From Candidatus Parvarchaeum sp. (lineage in GTDB: Archaea > Nanobdellota > Nanobdellia > Parvarchaeales > Parvarchaeaceae), in NCBI GenBank assembly GCA_049965555.1, contig JBMFWF010000008.1, forward strand, positions 1 through 37,361: a stretch of 37,361 bases of DNA, read 5' to 3'. Each line of letters opens with the position of its first letter. Within the stretch, counting starts at the first letter, position 1. Positions 26,164 through 34,217 of this stretch are shown here, piece after piece. The position numbers were made by a program, and so were the translations under genes. The notes beneath the pieces were generated by a model. The model did no database searches and was not told where the DNA came from. It was given only the letters and a program-made list of their open reading frames with translations.

Positions 26164-26466
26164 ATGGAAATTAAAATAGACTCTAAAGTTGATGATAAGT
26201 ATTTTGACAGGGAGATAATAAATTTCACTGTAAAATTAAAAGGCGGGGAGCCGGCAAGGATAGATGAAACAAGAAAAGCCTTGGAAGATGAAGGCAAAAA
26301 CGGTTTTCTTGTTATTTACACTATAAAAAGCACTTATGGAAAAAATGAGGTAAAAGGGATAGCACATGTTTACAAAAACGAGGAGATGGCAAAAAAGATA
26401 CTGCCAAAGTACATACTTGAAAAGAATGGTGTAAAGAATGGAAAAGAAGAAGCAGAAAAAAAGTGA
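26164..26466 (+). CDS. rps24e: 30S ribosomal protein eS24
   Basis: R.IINF.V, IKSTYGK..VKG.AHVY and PKYILEKN motifs; conserved operon position. Confidence 0.88.
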   Translation: MEIKIDSKVDDKYFDREIINFTVKLKGGEPARIDETRKALEDEGKNGFLVIYTIKSTYGKNEVKGIAHVYKNEEMAKKILPKYILEKNGVKNGKEEAEKK

Positions 26467-26623
26467 AATCTGGAAAATGTACAAAATAGAAGGCGAATCT
26501 ATAACTAGAGTTAATCGTACGTGCCCTAAATGCGGCGAAGGCACTTTTCTTGCTGAACATGATAACAGATACACATGCGGAAGATGCGGTTATACTGAAT
26601 TCAAAAGAAAGGATAAAAATTAA
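26438..26623 (+). CDS. rps27ae: 30S ribosomal protein eS31 (S27ae)
   Basis: [24 protein letters not shown]. Confidence 0.96.
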   Translation: MEKKKQKKSEIWKMYKIEGESITRVNRTCPKCGEGTFLAEHDNRYTCGRCGYTEFKRKDKN

Positions 26624-26648
26624 ATAAGCGCTGATCCTTATTCTATAA

Positions 26649-27611
26649 ATGTATACTCTAGGGATAGAAAGCACTGCTCACACTTTTGGTGTTGGCATTT
26701 CTGACAATGAAAAGATAATAGCAAACGAAAGAGATACGCTTAGACCTGCTTCTGGCGGTATAATACCCAGAGAAGCAGCACAGCATCATTTCAAGTTTGC
26801 TCCAGAGATACTTAAAAGAGCGCTTGATAAAAGCGGATTGAAGCTAAAGGACATAGATCTTTTTGCATTTTCACAGGGCCCTGGTATAATACCTGCCCTT
26901 AAGGTGGGGGCCCAGCTTTCTACTTTTTTATCCAGAAAATATGGAAAAAAATTAATAGGCGTAAATCACTGTATAGCGCACCTTGAAATAGCTAGGCTTT
27001 ACACTAAATTAAATGATCCTGTGATGCTTTACGTAAGCGGAGGCAATACGCAGATAATAACTTATTACAATGGGACTTACATAGTATTCGGTGAAACCCA
27101 GGATATAGGGGTCGGCAATCTTATAGATAAGATAGGGAGAAGATTGAACATGCCCTTCCCCGCAGGCCCTAAGATAGAGGAGCTAGCAAGGAAGAGCAGG
27201 CACTACATTGAAATGCCTTATAGCATAAAAGGCATGGATGTGAGTTTTTCCGGCATAGAAACATTTGTATCAAAATTGATAGGCAAGGAAAAAATAGAGG
27301 ATATCTCATTTTCACTGCAGGAAACTATCTTTTCAATGCTGATAGAAGCGAGCGAAAGGGCAATGTCATACTGCTTAAAAGACAGTTTGGTAATAACCGG
27401 AGGGGTTGCAGCAAACAAGCGGCTAAATGAGATGGGAGAAAAGATGTGCAAAGACAGAAACGCTTATTTTAAAGCAATACCTCTGGAATACGCCGGCGAT
27501 AACGGCGCAATGATTGCTTACACTGGTTACCTTATGAAAGATTACACACAAAAGGACCTTTCAATAAAGCCGAGGTTCAGAACCGATACGGTGGAGATAA
27601 AATACAGATAA
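26649..27611 (+). CDS. kae1: KEOPS tRNA N6-threonylcarbamoyltransferase Kae1
   Basis: LGIESTAH, GGIIPREAAQHH, SQGPG, NHCIAH, YVSGGNT, GGVAAN and DNGAMIA motifs. Confidence 0.97.
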   Translation: MYTLGIESTAHTFGVGISDNEKIIANERDTLRPASGGIIPREAAQHHFKFAPEILKRALDKSGLKLKDIDLFAFSQGPGIIPALKVGAQLSTFLSRKYGKKLIGVNHCIAHLEIARLYTKLNDPVMLYVSGGNTQIITYYNGTYIVFGETQDIGVGNLIDKIGRRLNMPFPAGPKIEELARKSRHYIEMPYSIKGMDVSFSGIETFVSKLIGKEKIEDISFSLQETIFSMLIEASERAMSYCLKDSLVITGGVAANKRLNEMGEKMCKDRNAYFKAIPLEYAGDNGAMIAYTGYLMKDYTQKDLSIKPRFRTDTVEIKYR

Positions 27612-27613
27612 AT

Positions 27614-28309
27614 ATGCCAATGAATGCGCCGCAGGAGTATTACGAATTAGAAGAAAGATACAGCAAGGAAAAAGACATTGAAGAGAAGGAAAGGATACTT
27701 AAAAGAATGATGGTTATACTGCCTAAGCATAAAGGCACGGACAGGGAGTTCGGATCATTGAAGAGGAGGCTTTCACTGCTTAAAAAAGAAGCAAGCAGAA
27801 AGCCGCTGGTGCACAAGGCAACTGCAATAAGAAAAAGATGGCCGAGGGTTTCTCTTGTAGGCTACAGCGATGAAAACGTGCTAAAGCTGTTTAATTTAAC
27901 CAGGATAGAAAACCTGCTTTACGGCATAGTAAAGATAAACAATGTACAGGTTCAGATGATTTCAATCAAAGACCCGGAAAAAAACAAAGATCTGCTTCTG
28001 CAAAGCGAGATAATAATATCAAAGGAGAAAATAGACAGGTACTGCAGCTTTCAAGTAATAAGCGAAAAAATAGACGTGGAAAAAGCTCTTAAAGAATTCG
28101 GGGTCATAGGAGTGTATACTGAAAATTCACAGGATGCAGTTGCAATGGAGAGAGGAGAAACCGTTAAAGACCTGGTTAAAAAGCTCCACCTTAAGACAGA
28201 AAAAAACGCATATGCGGTTGTATTCGGCAAAAGCGCAAAATTCCAGGGTCAAAGAGTTGCCCTTTCGCATAAATTGGAGGATGGAGATAGAGTCTTCATA
28301 AAAACATGA
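27614..28309 (+). CDS. DRG/OBG-family GTPase derivative with a degenerate G-domain and a C-terminal TGS domain
   Basis: N-terminal helical region with PKHKGT and a C-terminal TGS (GETVKD....LH...A.VFGKSAKFQGQRV..SHKLEDGD). No GxxxxGKS, DxxG or NKxD motif is present. Confidence 0.8.
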   Translation: MPMNAPQEYYELEERYSKEKDIEEKERILKRMMVILPKHKGTDREFGSLKRRLSLLKKEASRKPLVHKATAIRKRWPRVSLVGYSDENVLKLFNLTRIENLLYGIVKINNVQVQMISIKDPEKNKDLLLQSEIIISKEKIDRYCSFQVISEKIDVEKALKEFGVIGVYTENSQDAVAMERGETVKDLVKKLHLKTEKNAYAVVFGKSAKFQGQRVALSHKLEDGDRVFIKT

Positions 28310-28902
28310 AAACGCTTGCAGTTGGGTCAGAAGCTGTAATATACGAAAAGGATAACACTATAATAAAAAAAAGAATAAAGAAGAGTTATAGGATAAGAGA
28401 GATAGACGAGAAACTAAGAAAAAGAAGAAGCAAGGCTGAATTCAAGATAATGCAGTTCCTCTACAAAAACAACTTAAACGTTCCAAAGCCGCTCAAATAC
28501 AGAGAAGACAAAATGGAGATATGGATGGAAAGAATAGAAGGAACTAGGTTAGCTGAGGAATTTTCAGTTAAAGACGCAAAGGACATTGGCCTTGCAGTTG
28601 CTGAAATGCATAATCTTGGAGTGATACACGGGGACCTCACTACTGCAAACATCATAAAAAGAGAACAAAAGCTGTATATTATAGATTTCGGATTGAGCTA
28701 CCATTCATCAAAAGATGAGGATTTTGCAAGTGACCTTTTCCTGTTCAAGAATGCGTTGAAATCAAAGCACAATGAACTATATAAAGAGGCTTACTATTCT
28801 TTCCTGAATGCTTATAAATCCAAAATTAGAAAAGAATTTAAAGGAATAGATACTCATCTTAAAGATATAGAAGAAAGGAGGAGATATAATGAAAGTTATT
28901 AA
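28306..28902 (+). CDS. bud32: KEOPS kinase/ATPase Bud32
   Basis: GSEA, K.RIKK.YR...D..LR..R..E, IHGDLTTAN and IDFGL motifs; C-terminal RRRY. Confidence 0.94.
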   Translation: MKTLAVGSEAVIYEKDNTIIKKRIKKSYRIREIDEKLRKRRSKAEFKIMQFLYKNNLNVPKPLKYREDKMEIWMERIEGTRLAEEFSVKDAKDIGLAVAEMHNLGVIHGDLTTANIIKREQKLYIIDFGLSYHSSKDEDFASDLFLFKNALKSKHNELYKEAYYSFLNAYKSKIRKEFKGIDTHLKDIEERRRYNESY

Positions 28903-29314
28903 TGTTAAGAACAGGTTCGTGCCTCACTGGCTTAATTACAAGCAGGAGGAAGTAGAACAGCTCATAATAAACAAATCGCAGAAAGGCCTTACAAAGTCGG
29001 AGATAGGTACTATATTGAAAGACCAGTACGGGATACCTTCTGTAAAGGATATCACGAAAAAAAGCATAAGCGCAATACTAAAAAGCAGGGGAATTCAAGA
29101 GCAGCTGCCTGAAGACCTTGTAGCTCTTTACAGAAAGGCAGTAAAGCTGCACATGCATGTTGACAAGATGAAGAAAGACAAACATTCCATAAGAAGCCTT
29201 GTCGTTCTGGAGAACAGGATAAAAAAACTGATTAAATACTATAAACAGACTAAAATGTTGCCTAAAGATTATGAATATTCGCTTGAATCTGCAAGGTTGG
29301 TAGTAAAGATATGA
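28889..29314 (+). CDS. rps15: 30S ribosomal protein uS15 (S15P/S13e)
   Basis: IGTILKDQYGIP, LPEDL, H...KKDKHS.R.L...E..I.KL.KYYK motifs. Confidence 0.95.
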   Translation: MKVINVKNRFVPHWLNYKQEEVEQLIINKSQKGLTKSEIGTILKDQYGIPSVKDITKKSISAILKSRGIQEQLPEDLVALYRKAVKLHMHVDKMKKDKHSIRSLVVLENRIKKLIKYYKQTKMLPKDYEYSLESARLVVKI

Positions 29315-29841
29315 ATCAGCCTAATTCTTGGTATAAGGTAAAAGCTGTCGATTTTGATAACGCAGAAATAGGCAGTGTGTACGGAAATGAAGCTAATATA
29401 CCAAAAAGAGTTTTAATGGTAAACGCTAATAATTTGCCTGACATAAAGACGAAACCCGGCTTTAAACTCGGATTTAGATTGATTTCTTCGACTGAAAACA
29501 CAGCGAATGCACAACTAGAATCGCTTGTTCTTTCCAGAGAACAAGTTGGCAGGATGGTAAGACACAATTCATCAAAAATAGAGGTAGTAAGAAAGGTAGA
29601 ACTGGAAGAAAAAGAATACGCAATAAAAGCAGTTATAATAATAAACAAAGCGGAGAACAAATACAAGAAATTCGTAAGGGCAGAAGCAAATGAATTCATT
29701 GACAATCTGGCTGAGAAGAAGAGCCTAAAAGAATTGGTTTTAGATGTTCTAGCCGGCAAAGTGCAAAACCAGCTCCACAAAAAGCTAAGCAAGATATATC
29801 CAACAAGGGCAACTGAAATAAGAATGATAACAAGCGTTTGA
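29311..29841 (+). CDS. rps3ae: 30S ribosomal protein eS1 (S3ae)
   Basis: WYKVKA..F...IG, RMVR..SSKI and KIYP.R..EIR motifs; follows rps15. Confidence 0.9.
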   Translation: MNQPNSWYKVKAVDFDNAEIGSVYGNEANIPKRVLMVNANNLPDIKTKPGFKLGFRLISSTENTANAQLESLVLSREQVGRMVRHNSSKIEVVRKVELEEKEYAIKAVIIINKAENKYKKFVRAEANEFIDNLAEKKSLKELVLDVLAGKVQNQLHKKLSKIYPTRATEIRMITSV

Positions 29842-29971
29842 TTAAATAATATTCGGGCTTTTAAAACAAATTTTAAACTAAAATAAAAGTCGCCCTCATA
29901 TCTAAGAAGAGACTAAAATCTGTGTATATATTAAAATAACTGACCATTTTTATATGGCCGTATATTTTAAT

Positions 29972-30044
29972 TGGACTCGACGGGATTTGAACCCGTAGTC
30001 TCTCCCATGCCATGGGAGCGCGTTGCCAATTGCGCCACGAGCCC
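29972..30044 (-). tRNA. tRNA-Ala(GGC), intron-less, CCA not encoded
   Basis: Reverse complement is GGGCTCG TGGCGCAATTGGCAACGCG CTCCC ATGGCAT GGGAG AGACT ACGGG TTCAAAT CCCGT CGAGTCC A. It folds as a cloverleaf with the G3:U70 alanine identity pair and discriminator A73. Confidence 0.97.
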
Positions 30045-30100
30045 TTACGAACTAAAAGATAATTAACAATAAAAACAGAGTATAAATAAATATTACTGCT

Positions 30101-32029
30101 TTATCTGTGGATATCCCTGCCGTATTTCTTCAACCTATAATCAATTCTATTTAATTCATTTTTTGCATCTTTAAGCTGCCTCCCTGATAGTTTTCCAGAG
30201 TTTATCAGACTAACAAGATTTTCACGCCTATCCATTAAACCCCTTGTTTCTATTTCATTCTGCATACGAACATCTAAATTTCCGTTTTCGTCGACAGGTG
30301 ACTTATGGGAGAACCATAATATAGGTTTAAGTCTTTTATCAAAAGCAGTATTTGGACCGACAACACCTGAATTTGTAGTAGGAGCACTTGCCTGCTGCAC
30401 TTTATTCGTTGATTCTGGAGCTTTTTTCTGTTCTTTTATTAACCTATCGTGTTCTGCTTGTTGTCTTGCTGCTTCTGCTAGCTTAGCCTGTTCTTCCAAC
30501 ATCTCTCTTCTTTGTTGTTCTTGTCTTGCTGCTTCTGCTAGCTTAGCCTGTTCTTCCAACATCTCTCTTCTTTGTTGTTCTGCTTTTTGTTTTTTCAACT
30601 GATCTGGAACTATCTTCCCTGATATCTTATTAAGTTTTTTATCTAGCTTTGCTATTAATTTACGCCTGGTAGTTTCTGATAAATTAAGATTGGGATCAAG
30701 CAGTTTATTTCTTTCATTAAGCAAAGATGAAACATCTTTTTGTCTTGTTTCCTTTGATAACCTCTTCTCAAATATCTTTCTTGCGGTTTTATCCGAAGGA
30801 ACTTCTCCAATAGCACCTTTATTTACAGCATTTGCTAAGTCAAAAAGGTCTCCTGCCTGACTGTTTCCAACATTTGTTATAAACTTATTTTTGCTGTTTA
30901 ACTGTTTTTGTTCTTTCTTTAAAGCTTTCTTTTGTGACCAGGACAACTTATAGTTGCTTTTGGCCTTTGATTTTAAGTCCCTCAATGCCTGATCTTTTGA
31001 AAAGAAACCTGTTAGCTTCTGAAGATCCTTGTTATTTGAAAGTTGTTTATTGGAATACTGAACCTTAGTAAGGTCAACTCTGTCTGCTACATTTTTCCAT
31101 GCTTCATTTGCCAGTTTGTTTTTGAGCTGGGCCATCCTCAACTGCTCTTGAGGAGTAAGGTTGCCTTTTTTTAGTAAATCTTGGTATTCTTTAAGAACAG
31201 GTTCATTTGCCTGCTTTCTTTTTGCTATTGAAGAAAGCGCATCTTTTTGCACATTTGCTTCTTTCTGTGCTTTTTTATCTTCTTTAGAAGGCTTAGGGTA
31301 GTGCTTACCCCATCTTCTAATTAGGAATATAACCAATAATATAGCAACAAACAATGGAACTAAAACTATTGGACTGAAAAGAAAGGATGCAAATCCCGGG
31401 ATAAGCAATGCAATCAGAAGAAAGACTATAAAGAGTAATATTACCCTTAAAACTATATTGCTATGCGTTTTTACACCCCTTAGAAGTAGGATTATAAAAA
31501 CAACTACCGTGATTATTCCAAATACAAGCGGAAGTATGCTAAGTATATTTATATGCAATGCAGAGTTTACAGAGTTAGTAAGGCCCGTATCATTTTCAAA
31601 CAAGATTATAATAAGAAAAAGAGCAACAACTAAGCCAATCAGCCTTATAGACCTAGGAGACTTAACAGCGGCAAGCATTCCTAATATCAATGCTATAAAT
31701 GCCAGTATTATAAAGGTATTTAGGAAGAAATGCAGTAAAGTATTATCTGTATAAAGCAGAAAGAAGGTTATAAGTGCAAAGATGAATGAAATTGCAATTC
31801 TACCGCTTGAAAGCTGTGTTCTGTCCAAAGCTATTGCAAATATTATAAACATCACTATTGCAAAGAATCCAGCGTAGATGTAGGAATTTCCTGAGGACAG
31901 CCCGGAAAGTAATGAGTTACTTGAAGAAGATATAGGAGGGGGAGATGATACACTTATTTGTGCATGAACTAAAGATACCGAAAACACTGATAATAAGATC
32001 AATATCGCTGCGATGTAACTTATTTTCAT
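30101..32029 (-). CDS. Polytopic membrane protein with a long basic coiled-coil C-terminal tail
   Basis: Signal-like N-terminus, about seven TM helices, then about 400 aa of K/Q/E-rich helical sequence. Confidence 0.8.
   Translation of the reverse strand: MKISYIAAILILLSVFSVSLVHAQISVSSPPPISSSSNSLLSGLSSGNSYIYAGFFAIVMFIIFAIALDRTQLSSGRIAISFIFALITFFLLYTDNTLLHFFLNTFIILAFIALILGMLAAVKSPRSIRLIGLVVALFLIIILFENDTGLTNSVNSALHINILSILPLVFGIITVVVFIILLLRGVKTHSNIVLRVILLFIVFLLIALLIPGFASFLFSPIVLVPLFVAILLVIFLIRRWGKHYPKPSKEDKKAQKEANVQKDALSSIAKRKQANEPVLKEYQDLLKKGNLTPQEQLRMAQLKNKLANEAWKNVADRVDLTKVQYSNKQLSNNKDLQKLTGFFSKDQALRDLKSKAKSNYKLSWSQKKALKKEQKQLNSKNKFITNVGNSQAGDLFDLANAVNKGAIGEVPSDKTARKIFEKRLSKETRQKDVSSLLNERNKLLDPNLNLSETTRRKLIAKLDKKLNKISGKIVPDQLKKQKAEQQRREMLEEQAKLAEAARQEQQRREMLEEQAKLAEAARQQAEHDRLIKEQKKAPESTNKVQQASAPTTNSGVVGPNTAFDKRLKPILWFSHKSPVDENGNLDVRMQNEIETRGLMDRRENLVSLINSGKLSGRQLKDAKNELNRIDYRLKKYGRDIHR
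30461..30580. repeat. Exact 60-bp tandem duplication (2 copies), in frame
   Basis: 30461-30520 is identical to 30521-30580 and encodes EQQRREMLEEQAKLAEAARQ twice on the minus strand. Confidence 0.95.
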
Positions 32030-32070
32030 ATTTTAATATAACCTTTTATGGGTTATAAATTTAGTTTTTA

Positions 32071-32086
32071 GAAAGGTTTTTAAATG
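32071..32086 (+). promoter_or_regulatory. BRE-TATA promoter of the tfs-fnr-nnrD unit
   Basis: GAAAGGTTTTTAAATG lies about 40 nt upstream of the ATG at 32127. Confidence 0.5.
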
Positions 32087-32126
32087 AAAAGCAAGATTTA
32101 AGAATTGCAGATTACTATATTATAAA

Positions 32127-32369
32127 ATGAAAGAAGAAGACATGGAACTAAAGGGAAAAACGAAAAAGCTTAAGAAAAAGACTGTGGAAGAAGCTCCATC
32201 TGAAGAAGAAAGCATGTCGCAGATGGAATTCGAAACTAACACTGAATGCCCTAAATGTGGCCAGAAAAAGATAATATCTTGGACTGAGCAGACAAGGAGC
32301 TCAGATGAACCGCCAACTAGGTTCTATAAGTGCGTAAACTGCGGTTACACATGGAGAGAGTACAGTTAA
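32127..32369 (+). CDS. tfs: Transcription factor S (TFS/RpoM-like), C-terminal zinc ribbon only
   Basis: CPKCG...QTRSSDEPPTRFYKC..CGYTWREY. The N-terminal zinc ribbon is absent. Confidence 0.88.
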   Translation: MKEEDMELKGKTKKLKKKTVEEAPSEEESMSQMEFETNTECPKCGQKKIISWTEQTRSSDEPPTRFYKCVNCGYTWREYS

Positions 32370-32376
32370 TAAGTCC

Positions 32377-33369
32377 ATGGAAGACACTGACCTTATAATA
32401 ATAGGAGCCGGACCTACAGGGATGTTTGCTACTTTCTGTGCAGGACTCAGAGAGATAAACAGCATAACACTTGAAAGCCTTGACACACACGGGGGGCAGA
32501 TGCTGGAGCTTTACCCTGAAAAAGTGGTATACGACGTGCAAGCCGTACCGAAAATGAAAGCTATAGACTTATCAAACAAGATGTACGAACAAAGCATGCT
32601 ATTCAAAAAAAGGATAGAGTTTAATTCAAAAGTAACGGATATAATACCTGAAAACGGCAGATTCACAATAGAGGTTAACAATCAAAAGAAATATACGAGC
32701 AAAGCAGTCCTTATATGCGGAGGAGTAGGAGATTTTCATCCTAATAAATTAGGTGTAGATGGAGAGGCAGAATACGAAGGAAAAGGGCTTTACTACGCGG
32801 TAAAGTCTGTGGATGACTTCAAGGACAAAACTGTTGCCATCATCGGCGGAGGGGATTCTGCTTTTGATTACCAGATGCAGATTTCTCCTGTATGCAAGAA
32901 GACCTATATAATACAACATAACAATACATTTAAAGCTGCGGAGTCAAGCGTGGATGCAGTAAAAAGGGATAGCAAGGCAGAGATAATAATGAACACAGAT
33001 GTAAAGAAGATAAATGGCGATGGAAACACTGTCAAAAGTATAGAATTATTTGATAACACGGATAAAACAGGGAAAAACCTAGAGGTTGATGCCGTTGTGG
33101 TAGCTATAGGCTACAAAGTTAATCCTTCAGTTTTCAAATCACTTCCTATAGAGACAACTAACAGGTACATAAAAGTTGACCACAACTACAAAACAAGCAT
33201 CGACGGTGTTTATGCAGCAGGAGATATAGCAAACGTAACAGATGAACCTAAGTTTGCCCTTATAGCAGTTGGGGGAGCAGAAGCTTACATAGCAATAAAC
33301 AACATAAAGAAGTACATCTCTCCAAATGCTTCTCTTTTTGGAGGACACAGTTCTTCTCTTAACCTATGA
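32377..33369 (+). CDS. Ferredoxin--NAD(P)+ reductase type 2 (TrxR-like, YumC-type)
   Basis: IIGAGPTG, GGQ...LYPEK.VYD, GGGDSA.D, GVYAAGD and C-terminal GHSS motifs. There is no redox CxxC. Confidence 0.88.
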   Translation: MEDTDLIIIGAGPTGMFATFCAGLREINSITLESLDTHGGQMLELYPEKVVYDVQAVPKMKAIDLSNKMYEQSMLFKKRIEFNSKVTDIIPENGRFTIEVNNQKKYTSKAVLICGGVGDFHPNKLGVDGEAEYEGKGLYYAVKSVDDFKDKTVAIIGGGDSAFDYQMQISPVCKKTYIIQHNNTFKAAESSVDAVKRDSKAEIIMNTDVKKINGDGNTVKSIELFDNTDKTGKNLEVDAVVVAIGYKVNPSVFKSLPIETTNRYIKVDHNYKTSIDGVYAAGDIANVTDEPKFALIAVGGAEAYIAINNIKKYISPNASLFGGHSSSLNL

Positions 33370-34217
33370 TTTACACGACATTAAATGAAAAAATTATAAA
33401 AAAGATATATAAAAAGAGGGACAACTGGTCACATAAAGGAAACTTTGGCAAGGTTCTCATAGTAGGAGGGTCTGATGAGTACACCGGTTCGCCGGCAATA
33501 GTTGCTCTTTCCGCATTAAGAGCTGGAGTCGACCTCACAAAGATAATTGCGCCGAAAAGAGCAGCGGATATATGCGCAGGGTTCTCCCCTGAATTAATAA
33601 CTAAAGCCGTGGATAGCACAGAATTGAATTCAAACGCTTTTCATCTTATAAAGGAAGAATCGGAAAAATACAATGTGATGGTATTGGGAAATGGAATGAA
33701 GACCGGCTACGAACAGGCTACACTTGTAAGTAAGATACTAAAAGAGATAAACATGAAAATCGTATTAGATGCCGATGCCATCAAAGTAGCCGATGTTAAT
33801 CAACTTGCAAGAAATGTAGTCATAACGCCGAATTCAAATGAATTCAAGATACTTTTTAAGGAGGATCCTTCTAAAGATATAGAAAAAAGGATAAAACAGG
33901 TTTATGAAAAGGCAAGAGAATTCAATACTACTATACTTCTAAAGGGCCATATAGACATAATATCCAATGGTGAAAACACTTTCATTAACAAGAACAATTC
34001 AGTCTATATGACAAAAGGCGGAACTGGTGATTCGCTTGCAGGCATAACCGCCGCAATGCTATGCCAGAACAATGATTTAGCAGAAGCCGCTGCCGCTGCT
34101 GCTTTTATAAACGGCTATACTGGAAGAACAATCGCCAAAAGGGAGAGAGAGGCGTTTTCAGTAATGCACCTGATAGAAAATATAAGTGATACAATCAACA
34201 AATGGAGATATCAGTGA
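33366..34217 (+). CDS. nnrD: ADP/ATP-dependent NAD(P)H-hydrate dehydratase (YjeF C-terminal domain), stand-alone
   Basis: SHKGNFGKVLIVGGS..YTGSP, VLDADA, ITPN..EF, LLKG..D and GGTGDSLAG motifs. Confidence 0.93.
   Translation: MIYTTLNEKIIKKIYKKRDNWSHKGNFGKVLIVGGSDEYTGSPAIVALSALRAGVDLTKIIAPKRAADICAGFSPELITKAVDSTELNSNAFHLIKEESEKYNVMVLGNGMKTGYEQATLVSKILKEINMKIVLDADAIKVADVNQLARNVVITPNSNEFKILFKEDPSKDIEKRIKQVYEKAREFNTTILLKGHIDIISNGENTFINKNNSVYMTKGGTGDSLAGITAAMLCQNNDLAEAAAAAAFINGYTGRTIAKREREAFSVMHLIENISDTINKWRYQ

Noticed and set aside
30461-30580. 60-bp direct repeat as a CRISPR array
   Set aside because: There are only two abutting copies with no spacer, in frame within a CDS, and no cas genes are present.
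29972-32029. tRNA-Ala as an integration site for an island
   Set aside because: No integrase and no duplicated tRNA 3' end were seen in the window.
32377-33369. Thioredoxin reductase call
   Set aside because: There is no CxxC redox motif, and the LYPEK and GHSS motifs fit type 2 FNR.
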